In this document: positions 43,210 to 56,540 of the stretch, piece by piece | Numbering within the stretch: the stretch's first letter is position 1 | How the letters are laid out: every line of letters begins with the position of its first letter | The notes under the pieces: generated by a model | Told to the model about the DNA's origin: nothing | Seen by the model: only the letters and a program-made list of their open reading frames with translations | The model's database searches: none | Assembly (NCBI GenBank): GCA_951406725.2 | Contig: OX597840.1 | Coordinates: 39,122,001-39,186,000, forward strand | Direction: 5' to 3' | DNA: 64,000 nt | DNA from: Octopus vulgaris | Taxonomy: Eukaryota | Program-made: the position numbers and the translations under genes

Positions 43210-43815
43210 ATATGTATAATTATACATATACGTAAATATATGTGTGACAGAGAAAGGGGGTGTACGCATGTGTGTTCGTGTTGATATATATATGTATATA
43301 AATTAATTCATTAAAAATTGTGTATGAGGTGAACGTTTTCTGGCGTTCAGGTGAAATCGTGTGTATGTGTGTGTCGAATGGTGAATGAGTTAATACTGAA
43401 ACTATGTGACGCTTACCTTGCTTACAACAGAGCATAGTCTACAAAGAGATAATATCACGAGTTTGCCCAGCGAAAACATGAGATCGTAGCCACAGGTGGA
43501 AACTTCAAAGACAGTTACGAACATCATAGAAAATCATTCCGAAACCTATCAAAGGGAAATGCGATGGGCACGTCGATATCTAGCAGGGACTTTAAAAACC
43601 TCATCTGTAAACATAAAATGTGAAATAAGAGAATGCACATCACGCATAAATAATAATGGAGTCTGCTCCCAATGCAGCTCTGAAAAACCCCCAATAATCA
43701 CGCGCCATATGTAAACTATGAGCCATAGAAACAATGGAAAATACCAAATGCATCCATATGCCAAATCACTTCATGCATCTCTCTACACATACACAACAGC
43801 ACTTATATACACTAA

Positions 43816-44504
43816 CTAGCAGTATCGCCCGCCGTTGCTCGTGTTTGTAAGGGAAATAACTATATAGGCATTTTTAGAGAGTTATAGCCAAAAAATATCA
43901 AAAAATGCATTAAAAATGGAAAACAAATTAGGGTAATTTATTTTTTAAATCGTTGACTCATCGTAGACATTTTTAGAGAGTTACTTCCCTTATATAATAG
44001 CGAAAAAAATGCATTAAAATGGAAAAAATGATGGTAATTTTTTTTTAAATCGTTGACTAATCGTAGACATTTTTAGAGTTACTTCCCTTATATAATAGCG
44101 AAAAAAATGCATTAAAATGGAAAAAATGATGGTAATTTTTTTTTAAATCGTTGACTAATCGTAGACATTTTTAGAGTTACTTCCCTTATATAATAGCGAA
44201 AAAATGCATTAAAATGGAAAAAATGATGGTAATTTTTTTTAAATCGTTGACTAATCGTAGACATTTTTAGAGAGTTACTTCCCTTATATAATAGCAAAAA
44301 AATGCATTAAAATAGAAAAAATGATGGCATTTTTTTTTTTAATCGTAGACTCATCGTAGACGCGCGCTAATACCCAGAAGGGCTCGATATGAATCACGAC
44401 TATAAGATACCCGGTTTTGGTTAAACTGCACCGCAAAATGTGGGAGTAGTTAGGAATCTAAATCGTAGGAGACAGACACACAACTTGACTTTTATATATA
44501 AAGA
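43816..44504 (-). mobile_element. Non-autonomous Helitron with an expanded internal ~88-bp tandem repeat
   Basis: Same termini as 22391 (TC...CTAG, A|T target); unit AATGCATTAAAATGGAAAAAATGATGG...CCCTTATATAATAGCG repeated ~4.5 times over 43901-44360. Confidence 0.9.
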
Positions 44505-44880
44505 TATATATATATATATCGTTTGTATGTGTGGGTGTGTATTTCTCTGCTTGTGTGGGTGTGTGTGTGGGTGTGTATATCGGTGTGTGTATGTATGTAT
44601 GAATGTATGTGTGTGTCTGTGTCGGTTATTAACAGTCGAACTTGATGTAGATATAATGATATAAACGATTGTGTGTGAATAAATGTTAGGTTTATCTTAA
44701 CATCTATTTTGAGTTTAAACGTTAAAACCAAATTATTTTACTTTCTCTAGAAATTCTTGAGACGTAAAACACTCACGCACATACACACACAAAGAGACAC
44801 ACACACACACACACACAAATATATATATATATTTATATGGCTGTATGTGAATCTCTCTCTCTCGCAACACACACACACGC

Positions 44881-44912
<32 letters not shown>

Positions 44913-44994
44913 GTATTATGTATCTACACGCACATACACACACACACATATATATGTACACATACATATATGCATATATATGTATATGTTTATG

Positions 44995-45180
44995 TGCTTG
45001 TATTTGTCCCCTCAATTGTTTGACAACGAATGTTGGTGTGTTCACTTTCCGTACCCTAGCGGTTCGACAAAAAGCGACCGATAGATTAAGTACTAGGCTT
45101 ACAAATAATAAGATCTGATGTCGATTTGCTCGACTAAAGGGGGTGCTCATGCATGGCCGCAGTCAAATGACTGAAAGAAA
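44995..45180 (+). mobile_element. CORE-like SINE 3' half
   Basis: TAGCGGTTCGACAAAAAGCGACCGATAGA...CATGGCCGCAGTCAAATGACTGAAA. Confidence 0.75.
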
Positions 45181-45377
45181 TTATATATATATATATATAT
45201 ATATATACATTACAAATATAAGCATTCAATTAATACAGACATGAAGTTGTTCATACACACAGGCGTTCTAAGAGGTAAAGAGAGAAAGGAAAAAAAATTC
45301 CCAGCTTTAAATACATTTGATGTACATTTAATATAAAACAGTTTCTAAGATAGACTCTCACACACGATACAATCGTT

Positions 45378-46058
45378 TCTTACATTATTTACATTATTCA
45401 CGCTTGACGGATATTTGTCCTCATCTTGTTTGTTGTTAACACTACGGTCGCCTATGTAGGTGACTGTATATCTTTTTCCGTTATTTAGTTGATATTTAAG
45501 AAATGAGCAATTATTTACATTATTAACATTATGTAGATGTCTCTATATTTTTTACTTATTTAGTTTTTCCTACGGTTGTAATGGATCCTCTCACGGACGA
45601 GGGCATATTCTGCCCTTCCGCTTCTATTCTAGCTTCATATGAATCCACTGGTGTCATTATATTTAAGCCAGGTGGTATTAGCTTTGAGTCTCTACATCTA
45701 CACAGGAAAGTTAGATGGTTTGAAAGACGAGCTAAGTTTCGATAGAGTTTCTCTATATGTCGCAATTGCAGTCTAATGTCGGCTCCGTACTGATGAGATA
45801 ATACAGTTCTATATTAAAGATTGATTGATTGATTGATTCTAGTTTCAGCTTATGAGCTGTGGCCATGCTGGGGCACCGCCATATGATGAATTATGTACAT
45901 TATTTACATTATTTACATTTGACGGATATTTGTCCTCATCTTGTTTGTTGCTAACACTACGGTTGCCTATGTAGATGACTGTATATAACGACAAACAAGA
46001 TGAGGACAAATATCCGTCAAATGTAAACAATATCTCGACTCTTAAATATAGAACTGTA
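45378..46058 (-). mobile_element. Penelope-like retroelement relic: ORF N-terminus (45556-45800) between direct and inverted terminal repeats
   Basis: HQYGADIRLQLRHIEKLYRNLARLSNHLTFLCRCRDSKLIPPGLNI resembles the PLE N-terminal NHL.FL.RC...LIP.GL motif; TTGACGGATATTTGTCCTCATCTTGTTTG direct at ~45405 and ~45919, inverted at ~45992. Confidence 0.75.
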
Positions 46059-46872
46059 CAATCGTTAGTTTGGAAATAGCTCTTACTTTATTTTACCGTT
46101 GATTTTACTCAAAATCAAAACAACTTTTTAATATAACATATCAATTTTTTAAACATACCATAATAAAAAAAAAAAGATTAAAAGCAAGATTAAATGTCGG
46201 TGGAATAACTGGAATAGGAGGAAAAAAAATCTTCAAAGAATTTTCAGTTTTCATGCAGAAAAAAATAGCAGAGAATGAGCCAACGCAAAATTTAAACCAA
46301 TAAATAGAAGCTTGATACCAGATCCAAGTTAGCAAATATGATTTTAGCATCAAAATCGAGTTTGAAGAATTTTCGGCTGATTTCGAGGCAAGAGTTTAAA
46401 GTGTTGAGTTCAGGTTTAACGTTAGAGATTAATAGGGCGGAATGCGTTAAGCTGTCACGTGCTTACTTGAAGGGAGAGGGAAGGAGAGAGAGAGGAAGAG
46501 AGAGTGGGGTGAACGACGTGAGGTAATATTTATCACGTGGTTGAAAAGCTAGTGGAAGTGGGGTGGTATAGGGAAAGAGGTAAACTGCTTAGTAGAGTGA
46601 TGTGTCGGGGGTGCGGTTAACGAAAGGCAAATAGGGAGAGAGTGACAGTGAGGGACAGAGGATGAGAGAGGGCAGTGCCGCTATTGCTAGTGAGAGGTTA
46701 AATGAAAGAGAAAGAGAGGATGATAACTAGAAGTGATGCTGTTCATGAGTTCCTGGTTGTTGTTGTTGTCTTCTTTCTTCTTCTTCCAATCAGGACTCAC
46801 GCCAATTAAAAGTATATATATGTGTGTGTATAAATATGTTTATACGTATATATACATATATGTATATATAAA

Positions 46873-46906
<34 letters not shown>

Positions 46907-47030
46907 TATATACGTATATACTTTTTATCTTATATTAAATTTTTAATACTTTTTGATAGTTATATATATTTAATAAATAAAAAAGGAAATAAATAAATAA
47001 TAAATAAATGATAAATAAATAAAAAATAAT

Positions 47031-47276
47031 AGTTATCGCCATACTAATATGGCATTCTTATAAAAATAAGAATAAAGCTGTCCGCTTATTAGCTCCATGA
47101 GGCCATCGCCTTAAGTTAGCTATTTGATACACAAACTGTATCCATATAACCTTCGAACAAGGGAGGTCAGTTGCTCCTCACTACTTGACCGGCAGCTACA
47201 GACTAATAATGGAGCTAATAAGCGGACAGCTTTATTCTTATTTTTATAAGAATGCCATATTAGTATGGCGATAACT
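47031..47276. repeat. Perfect 68-bp inverted repeat with 110-nt spacer
   Basis: 47031-47098 is the exact reverse complement of 47209-47276. Confidence 0.95.
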
Positions 47277-47528
47277 GTTATTTTCCGGAAACGCTGCCGT
47301 TGTTCTCTTTTAGAGAGACATAGTAATTTTAATATTTCTATAATAAATAAAAAATATATATATATGAAAATTTATAGATATGAATTAATAATTTTAAATT
47401 TTTAACTTTAAATTTAAATAATATATATTTTGAATTTTATATTTTATATATTTTGTATATTATATTAATAAATTTTATTTCTATGTTTTGGTTTATGTTT
47501 TTCACTGTTTGATTTGCCTAATAGTGGT

Positions 47529-47593
<65 letters not shown>

Positions 47594-47603
<10 letters not shown>

Positions 47604-47783
47604 TAAATTAGAGATAAAACCACTATTAGGCAAATCATACAATGAAAAACTTAAGCCAATACATAAGATTATTTAATTTATATTATTTAAATAATATAAA
47701 TTAAATAATCTTATGTATTGGCTTAAGTTTTTCATTGTATGATTTGCCTAATAGTTGTTTTATCTCTAATTTAATATAATATA
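47594..47783. repeat. ~190-bp loopless palindrome (centre 47688/47689)
   Basis: Arms reverse complementary with one visible mismatch; partial third copy at ~47500-47535. Confidence 0.9.
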
Positions 47784-47852
47784 ATACTTTACTATAAAAT
47801 TGGATTCAATCCTAAATCTGATTTTTCCCTGTAAGTTTGGATTTATTCCCTA

Positions 47853-47909
<57 letters not shown>

Positions 47910-47975
47910 TAAATGTTTGAGCGAGAGAAAAGCAGTAACAGTACGGAATAGTAAAATATATTTGTCAAATAAATA

Positions 47976-48212
47976 TGTCGATCCTATGGAGGATGATGTG
48001 AATGTTCTTTTAGCCCCAGGTAGACATGTCCTCCAGCTGGTCAACGACACACAGTCTGTGTCCCATTAGTGTTTGCGAGGGAGGTCATCACTGCCTTCTC
48101 TAGCGTTACGTGACACACACAGATCCGAGATTCTGAGTAGTTATCCGTCTATAGGGGATGTCTTTCTGGGACTAGAAACAACAGTGCTATCGTCCTCTAT
48201 AGGGTCGCAGCA
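47976..48212. mobile_element. MITE-like element with imperfect ~70-bp terminal inverted arms
   Basis: CGATCCTATGGAGGATGAT..TAGCCCCAGGTAGACAT vs reverse complement CGACCCTATAGAGGACGAT..TAGTCCCAGAAAGACAT. Confidence 0.55.
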
Positions 48213-48296
48213 TTTGGTTGGCATTATATTTTATGTATACATATGTATATACATACGTATGTATAGATATATTAATACATCTCTCTCTGTCACACA

Positions 48297-48362
<66 letters not shown>

Positions 48363-48547
48363 TGTGATTACAATCACAATAAGCAACAAGGATATCCAGA
48401 GGTAATGCAGTACGATCGTTTCATGCGACTCCATTTAATTGAACAATGCAAATATTACATCAGTTTTAAAATGTAGAGCAATTCAACTGAATCTAAATTT
48501 TACTGAACTTATATATATATATATGTGTGTGTGTCTGTGTATGTGTA

Positions 48548-48635
<88 letters not shown>

Positions 48636-49245
48636 TATAGATAGATAGATATATGTATGTACTTTTATGTATGCTTGCACCGCTTCTCCACCTGGGCTGG
48701 TATGACTACAGCCCCGTAACTTTGCTACTCGGCATTAAAAAACCGATAGAATAAGTACCAAGCATAAACACACACCAGTACTGGTGCTGACATTCAGTAC
48801 GACCACAATAAATATACCTTCGTGGTGGTGCTCCAGCGTGGCCGTAGTTCAATGGCTGACACAAATCATAAATAATAGCCAAAGGTAGAGAAATATGTTC
48901 ACTAATAACTTTATATTAATTATTCGTATGACGCCTAGCGGACGTGTTTGTCACTTTTCCATCGTTCTCAATCTATTTCCTGTTATCGATGAGTCACAGC
49001 TTCATTTCGTACATGTGTCACGTAAATCGATATAATCAATTGATGTCGAGTATTTTCGTCATTTTTGATTTTCTTTTTTCGCGAACAGCCTGAAAGTAGT
49101 GTGTGATAAGTGGAGAAAATTCACACAGTGATAATATCCGCCAAATACATGTATACAATAAGTACATACTATAGAATCTATTTATGTGTTTCTGTACGAG
49201 AACGAAGATATATTTATACATACATGCACAATATATACATATCAT

Positions 49246-49500
49246 ATCCATCATCATTATCGTTTAAAGTCCGTTTTCCTTGCTGGCATGGGTTTGACGG
49301 TTTGACAGGCGCAGGACAGGAGGAGAGCTGTCCAGGTTCCATAGGAGAGCTGTGTTCCGTGGCATGGATTTTACGGCTCGATGCCCTTCCGAACGCCAAC
49401 CATTTAACAGAGTGCGCTGGGTGCTTTTCAAGTGCCACCAGCAAAGATGTGTATATGGGCAACGACACAATTGCATTCTGCGTGGCACTGACACCTCTAA
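49246..49500 (-). mobile_element. Retroposon 3' portion ending in a (GAT)n tail (RTE-related/SINE-like)
   Basis: Minus strand ends GGACTTTAAACGATAATGATGATG; internal TTACGGCTCGATGCCCTTCC..CGCCAACC motif; family is inference. Confidence 0.5.
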
Positions 49501-52461
49501 AACCTATGCCTGTATGTAAGGATGAACGTCTCAAATAGAGCAAACAGCACGACTCCCGATCCCTTGTCATTCACAGGCATATATATATAGAGAGAGAGAG
49601 AGGGGGAGGGGGGACTCTTAAAGTAAAAACGACCAAACTAAATAAACACATCGTACCGAAAGCAACTCTCGAAGCAAGTCATTTAAAAAGAGAATTTAGC
49701 TGCAGATCACGTCATTTTATAATTAGTGCAGTAATGCACTTTTTAATCATCAGTGCAAGCTTAATTCAAGATTTATAACCAATGAACAAAATCAACATAC
49801 CAGACGAACAACCAATGTATCCAACGTAGCATATAGAAATGTTCACCCTTTATACATTTATGTAAATGACGTGTTTTTTCGAATTGCATTTTTGTAACAA
49901 CGTGCTTATTCGGAATAAAGATACAGTATTGAATATAGTCCGGCTAAATTTACAATTTAAACATCCGATAAGATCTTTATAAGAATTTATCAAATAGTTA
50001 GCGTCAAAAACATCATAAGAAGTTTTTAAATGACTTACTTATTTATTTTTGTAGTTTTGACTTTAAGAATCCCTCCGTGCATGTGGCATTTATGTATTGT
50101 AATGCCCTCTGTATAATATAAATAAATATATTTAAGTGAAAAAATTGGTGTTGAAAATTAGAGGGTTTTGGGGAATGTGGAATCACGTCTTATCCACTAT
50201 TGTTCTCAGGTCTACTCCGACCCAAATTTGTAGCCCTGTCAGGGACACAGCTATAAGCAAAATAACATGAAATTATCTGAACCAGGGTGATCAGATCGAA
50301 AATTACCAGCAGCCACGATTCACCAATTCATCTAGCGAACAATTGATAACATTTTAGTTAAAAATCCGGGAGCAAATATTTCAGCTAGAGAAAGCCCAAT
50401 ACGATCTTAGTTTGTGCAAGTAACCCGATTCGGACCACAGAGGCTCTGTATGGTTTCAGAAATATTGTTCACGTTTTGCATACTCTAAAGTGATAGAAGT
50501 ATTTCTGTCTGGTAACGTGACAGTTATTTCATGCGAGAAGTTGATGAATTCGCTCAGAACTTTACACTTGCTATTTAGTTCGTTTTTATCTTGGCACGGT
50601 TGCAATGTGAGCCTAAAATCAGAAAAATAATCTCAAGGAAATACACTTTTCCATTTATATAACATTAACCCTTTCAATATACGCATGTATGCATGTATTT
50701 ATGTATATGTGTATGTATGTGTGAATAAATACGTGTGTGTAAGTGTTTATCTGTGAGTATACATATGTGTGCGCGTATGTATTTCTGTGCGTGTATATAT
50801 ATATATATATATATGTATGTATTTATTTGTATATGTAATATATCTATGAAAATGCATGTCTATAATGGTGTGTGTGTGCGTGTGTGTACGTGTGCATGTG
50901 TGTGTGTGTGTGCATGCGCGACAAGATATAAACGTACAGGTAAATTGATAAACTGATAAATGAATCGACTTCCTAAAATCACTTTGACCAGTGAAATCGA
51001 AGAATTCCTATACGGCATCACCAACCCAGAAGAGGACATTTTTATAAAACATTGATATTTGTACGTGGAAGTACATCATCAATTCCACTTTATCCAAACA
51101 TTTCGAAAACTTATAATGGAAAATGCTTTCGTGATTTTGCATTTGCTAAAAATAAGAAAGAAGCAAAAACAGGAACAGGGAAGGAATAATTCCCTTGAGA
51201 AGAAAACGCATTCACATAAGGTGAAGCTTTGAAAGCTTTCGTGAACTCTTTTAATATTTTACTTGTGTCATTCATTTCTTTGCTGGTATTCTGGAATACT
51301 GTCTTCTAAAAGGTATATTCAGCAAATTCTTGTCCACACAACCATTCTCTAATAACGAATATTTTCTATAATATCATACACAGCCCTGAAAAAATATTTT
51401 ATGAAGTATCATATCGAACCTGTTTCTGTCAAGTCTCTCTCTCTCTCTCTCTGCCGTCTCTGTACTTGACCGCTGTGGAACAGAATCTAATATGAAAATG
51501 GTTCAAGTCATACATTGTACGGGATAAATTTTGTATAAGTTGGAAACCGCACGAGCAATCGCAAAATTCACCGACACATATTGCGACGCTAAAGAGTGGT
51601 TGCATCCGATCACTTTTCGACCCAAAATGTTAAGTTATTTCCAAACATCGAACACACTTTGATGAATTGCAACTACGACCGTCGACGAGAAGCTCAACTT
51701 TTAAACATCGGTTGAAATGTAGCAGAAACCCCAAACACGGATTTCCTCGACAGTAATAGAAATGATTGTATCTAAGTCTGCAGCAGATAATATTTTCAGA
51801 GGTTTTATCCTGCTCATAAAAATGGTTCAGATAACTACTGAAAAATAGGAAAACAATCTAATCCGCCTTCTCTCGTTTACGTAAATGAATAATGGATAAG
51901 CGTTAGTCATGATATTCAAAAATACAAATTTTATCGGAGACTTTGGAGAAATGTACAAACATTTAGATTCGATCATAAAATGCCACTTACTAACAAGTGA
52001 ATCAATACTCGATGGTCAAGTTCCGGATAGTTCGTTCTTGGATATCATCTCAGTTGATGGTATGTTCATTTCCCTTAGAAACGCTTCCAAACAATCGACG
52101 CATTGATATTAGCATCGCCATCCGTCACGCTTGCAATGCGGATCCTCTCACGAGAACAACAACGCGTAAATGCCGTGTATACTCAGAGATGATATTCATT
52201 CGGAGTTTTGGTTTGTTTTTACACTTCCTGCGTTATGTGATCACTCTTAACTGGAATACGGAATGTCCTCGTCCAAAACAGTGGAGAGATGCAGTTTTTT
52301 GTGGTTACTCGCAGTGTAAATTCCCGGGTATTAGCTTGATAGACATTTCCACACATATATTCAGAACATGCAGCTATGGATATTCCAATAGGTACATTAT
52401 AGACAGGTACCACCAAGCTGCTTCTTTTGGGGGCCGAAGCTGCTCAAACGAAGATTCCATA

Positions 52462-52648
52462 TTGAGATGAAATCATGGATAATAATAGGAATTAAAACCG
52501 TGTTTCGTGGTCGGCTACCACAACAGCTCCTTTATAGGATCCAGTTAGCTCAAGACAAAAGCTAACTGGATCCTATAAGCTAACTGTTCTGGTAGCAGAC
52601 CACGAAACACGGTTGAAATTCTTGCTATTATCCATGATTTCATCTCAA
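52462..52648. repeat. 187-nt hairpin with perfect 19-bp inner stem and 9-nt loop
   Basis: TTATAGGATCCAGTTAGCT/AGCTAACTGGATCCTATAA plus two outer paired blocks. Confidence 0.9.
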
Positions 52649-53560
52649 GATGAAATACAAAAACAAATTAATTTTGTATCTATTGATGGCAGTTATTAAG
52701 GTCAGAAATGACTTCCAACTGAATTCAGCCTCTGAATAGATACAAGGTAGGGGATATGAAGGCATTACATCAATAAAGGGTTAATTTTACGGTGAGAATT
52801 GGGATAGTAATTTGCTCAGGGCTCTGGCAGGGTTCTGTTCTATCTTCCAGGACCTTCAGACAGTCATAACTAGGATCGCGGTGAGCAACATGAAAGATTT
52901 TCAGGGTACCACGCTTTGCACGAAATTTCTTTCCCACTAACCACGATTATGAACGACTTCTCAAAGATCGCTGACAATTAATACGTGTGCAATCAATCTT
53001 CGAACACCCTATAAATGCGTAACTACATTGCATGACAATCAAAACGGTCAAGAAAAGAAATTTTAAAGCAAAAACGAACTAAGATAAATTATTCAAATGG
53101 ATTATTGACAAATATTTGGAAGACAATATTCTCCGCATAAATTTTTATTCGCTTACAAAAGAATGTAAACAAACAATTATCAGTGAAGTTCAGCGATTAT
53201 CAATGAGAATTAAAAATATTTCTGAATGAATTATAATACGAAGAAAAAAATCCATCTGAATTTTTAGGACAAGAGATAACTGTAAATATTGAGGCAATGC
53301 AAGTGTGAGTTGCGGGTTCGAGTTTCTGTCCAGTAGACAGGGGGGAACGTAGGGAATTTAGAAATGGTATCTTGCCCAAGGACGTAAATAAGTTTTCTTA
53401 ATATATCTTGTCAGCAAATCACGGCATTTAAATATTCCTAATATTTAACTTTAGAATTATTTCATGGTTTAATAGATATTTTCACAAAAAATGGTTCTGA
53501 CGTCTTGCTAACAAATTATATATATATATATATGTGTGAGTGTGTGTCTGTGTATGTGTG

Positions 53561-53639
<79 letters not shown>

Positions 53640-53640
53640 T

Positions 53641-53831
53641 CAAAATGTGGCGATTTTTTTCCTCCGTCTTCCCTTCTCTGAATCTTTCCTTTTCCTATGT
53701 TTCTGACGAAGACCTCCGCTCGAAACGTTAATCTCTCCTTCTTTCCTTCTCTCCTTAGCGTCCAATAATACTATATTTGTTCCACGTCCTCACGTTGCTG
53801 TGTTTCCTCTTTGTGTTTTCATGTTTGGATC

Positions 53832-53835
<4 letters not shown>
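53641..53835 (+). mobile_element. PLE-type remnant family B with HHR at ~53699-53733 (canonical CUGACGA)
   Basis: GTTT-CTGACGA-A-GACCTCCGCTC-GAAACGTT-AATC; (TA)n on both sides. Confidence 0.7.
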
Positions 53836-53900
<65 letters not shown>

Positions 53901-54189
53901 TATATATATACGTGAAATAAACATTTGAGATGCTTTGCTCCACACAGGAACCAGGAGCAAGTCAGAGAGGTTTTCAAGTTCTTCTATATCCATTGCAGTG
54001 CCAGAAACATTTCTGCATCGTTCGCCGGTGTCTGGGGATCATAAATATTTCGCCCCTTAATCTCTACGCTTCACCTGTGTGGAGCAGCAAGGACTGCGCT
54101 AGCCTTCGTCTACGGAATCATTCCATTTACGGTTTCTTATCAACCACAACCATTCTTAGCTGGCTTCATCTGTCCTGCCTATTTCCACG

Positions 54190-54480
54190 ATATTTTTTTT
54201 CATTGAAAGTCGTAGCAGTCGACATCAATAGGAAATAGTACTGCAAGCCATCTATTGACAAAGGCCTTGTTGTCTAAGTCCTGCTATTTCGATTTCTAAA
54301 TGCTGCAATCATAATTACGTGACACGTGTACACGATTGCTTTAGCGCGAGTTTCCGACTGATGTATAGTCGTGGGTATTCTTACAATTGCAGATCTTCAT
54401 ACCGGGGACTGCAGTGTGATGCACAAACACTCAGATCTGAGGTCACTGCATTTTATAGCAGAAGAAGCTGTAAGCTTATG
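54190..54480 (-). pseudogene. Possible degenerate CR1/L2-group LINE ORF2 C-terminus
   Basis: Minus-strand remnants resembling Y..CSS.L and W..L..LFP.DVD; heavily disrupted. Confidence 0.25.
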
Positions 54481-54565
54481 AAGATAATTGCGTGATTTCC
54501 TGTTCCTTTGTCATTTATTTAAGTTTATATTAAGGTCTGCATCCAGCAACACTTCAGCCTAAGGG

Positions 54566-54612
<47 letters not shown>

Positions 54613-54738
54613 TAGATATATATGTATATATATATATAAAAGACTTGTTTTATTTATATTCTTGAGCGCCATACTAATACAATTGTTTGTTTATATTCCA
54701 CCTGCCTTCGTCTTTTGTTTATTTTCATAAAGCTTCCC

Positions 54739-54789
<51 letters not shown>

Positions 54790-54834
54790 GTGGATAAATC
54801 AGTGTATTGGCTTTTGAATAACCCTCTTTAGCCC

Positions 54835-54897
<63 letters not shown>

Positions 54898-54965
54898 TAT
54901 ACATCTCTTTGACGCATACTGTATACATACGTGCTTGCATACATCCATACATGTATATATGCATG

Positions 54966-55091
<126 letters not shown>

Positions 55092-55141
55092 TGATGGATG
55101 GATAGATAGATAGATATGTAGATAGATAGATAGATAGACAA

Positions 55142-55172
<31 letters not shown>

Positions 55173-55983
55173 TAATACATATATATAAGATTTAGTCATG
55201 TGTAAGACTTTATATATATAAGTGAACGCGTGTACATGTTTCTGTTTGTCTGTGGTGTGTAGGACACACTTATTGCACATATGTTTATGAATCAAACTAA
55301 AAACAATTAGACATGCTGAGCGACTCCAGAATGGATAAAGAAATGTATTTGAAGGAGACGAATATTAAATAACTAACAAAGCAAATAATGAAACCAGTGA
55401 TATTTTCTTCCGTTTCATAGAAGTTAAAAGCATCGTACGGTAGCAATCACCACCAGGTACAAACTGGCAGGACTGAGAATCTCAGGTATCGAGATTTCTC
55501 AGAAACTCATTATATTCCTAAGCTTATGAGAATTTGATTCATATACCTGTGTGTATGTTTGTTTGCGTGCGCATGTGTGAATGAGTGTAATGAATAATGT
55601 CCATTATTGCGTTAAGTTCAGGCGCTAATTTGAATAGAAGAGAATAAAGACGGACATGTTGAATAACGATTTAAGACAGATTACAAATTTGCAAAAAAAA
55701 AAATGACTATTAGTAATATGGCTGCTCGACTACATTATCATGTATATTAACAATGAACATATTTAATAGTATTCCAGTAAAAGTGCACGGAACTCGAGCC
55801 AAAGTATTTCACATTATTACATATCAGCATGTGACCTCCGGATAATATTATTGAAAACGTCTATTTGACATTCTGATTATTATTATTTTGTTGTCTGAAT
55901 CCTAGGTTTTTCTTTTTCTCAACATAGCTCATACTACTACTAGCGCTGCTAGAAATATTAGTACGTCTACTACAGGTACTATT

Positions 55984-56220
55984 ACTCCTATTTCTTTACT
56001 ATCCACAAGTGGCTAAACACAGAGAGGACAAACAAGGACAGAAAAAAGGATTAAGTCGATTATATCGACACCAGTGCGTAACTGGTACTTAATTTATCGA
56101 CTCCGATTGGGTGAAAGGTAAAGTCGACCTTGGCGGAATTTTAAACTCAGAACGTAACGGCAGACGAAATACGCCTACGCATTTCGCCCGGCGTGCTAAC
56201 GTTACTGCCAGCTCGCCGCC
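55984..56220 (-). mobile_element. Full-length SINE (GGCGGCGAGCTGGCAG head; CTTTCATCC-family body)
   Basis: Head GGCGGCGAGCTGGCAGTAACGTTAGCACGCCGGGCG, B-box-like GAGTTTAAAATTCC; body matches the 5678 array. Confidence 0.85.
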
Positions 56221-56236
56221 TATTACACCTGCTATT

Positions 56237-56540
56237 TGTTTGTTCCTTGTCGAGCCACGCCTGGCTACTAAGGGCCGGTTTCCTGGTTTCCTTGGCGTAT
56301 AGGTTTCCCACTTGTACGGGACGCCGGTCCGTCGCAGGTGAGCTGCAAGATACAGGAGGAAAGAGTGAGACAAATTTGTGGCGAAAGAGTCAGCAGAAGT
56401 TTCGCCATTACTTTCTTCCGGAGCCGCGTGCAGTTTAGGTATTTCGCTCATAAACACACACATCGCCCGGTCTGAGATTCCAACACACGATCGCTCGACC
56501 GCGGTTCCGCTGCTCTAACCACTAGGCCATGTGCCTCCAC
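56237..56540 (-). mobile_element. Full-length tRNA-derived SINE with 12-bp TSD
   Basis: TSD ACACCTGCTATT (56225-56236) / ACACCTTCTATT (56541-56552); matches 3300-3585. Confidence 0.9.

Noticed and set aside
43901-44360. CRISPR-like array (also 5678-6143)
   Set aside because: Whole units repeat with no unique spacers; eukaryotic TE-internal tandem repeats
46160-46730. Possible additional PLE ORF fragment next to a purine-rich tract
   Set aside because: Only a short VLSSGL-like word; strand and frame could not be established
51997-52470. 157-aa non-repetitive ORF
   Set aside because: Starts at GTG with no recognisable motifs; probably an old TE-derived region that needs BLASTX
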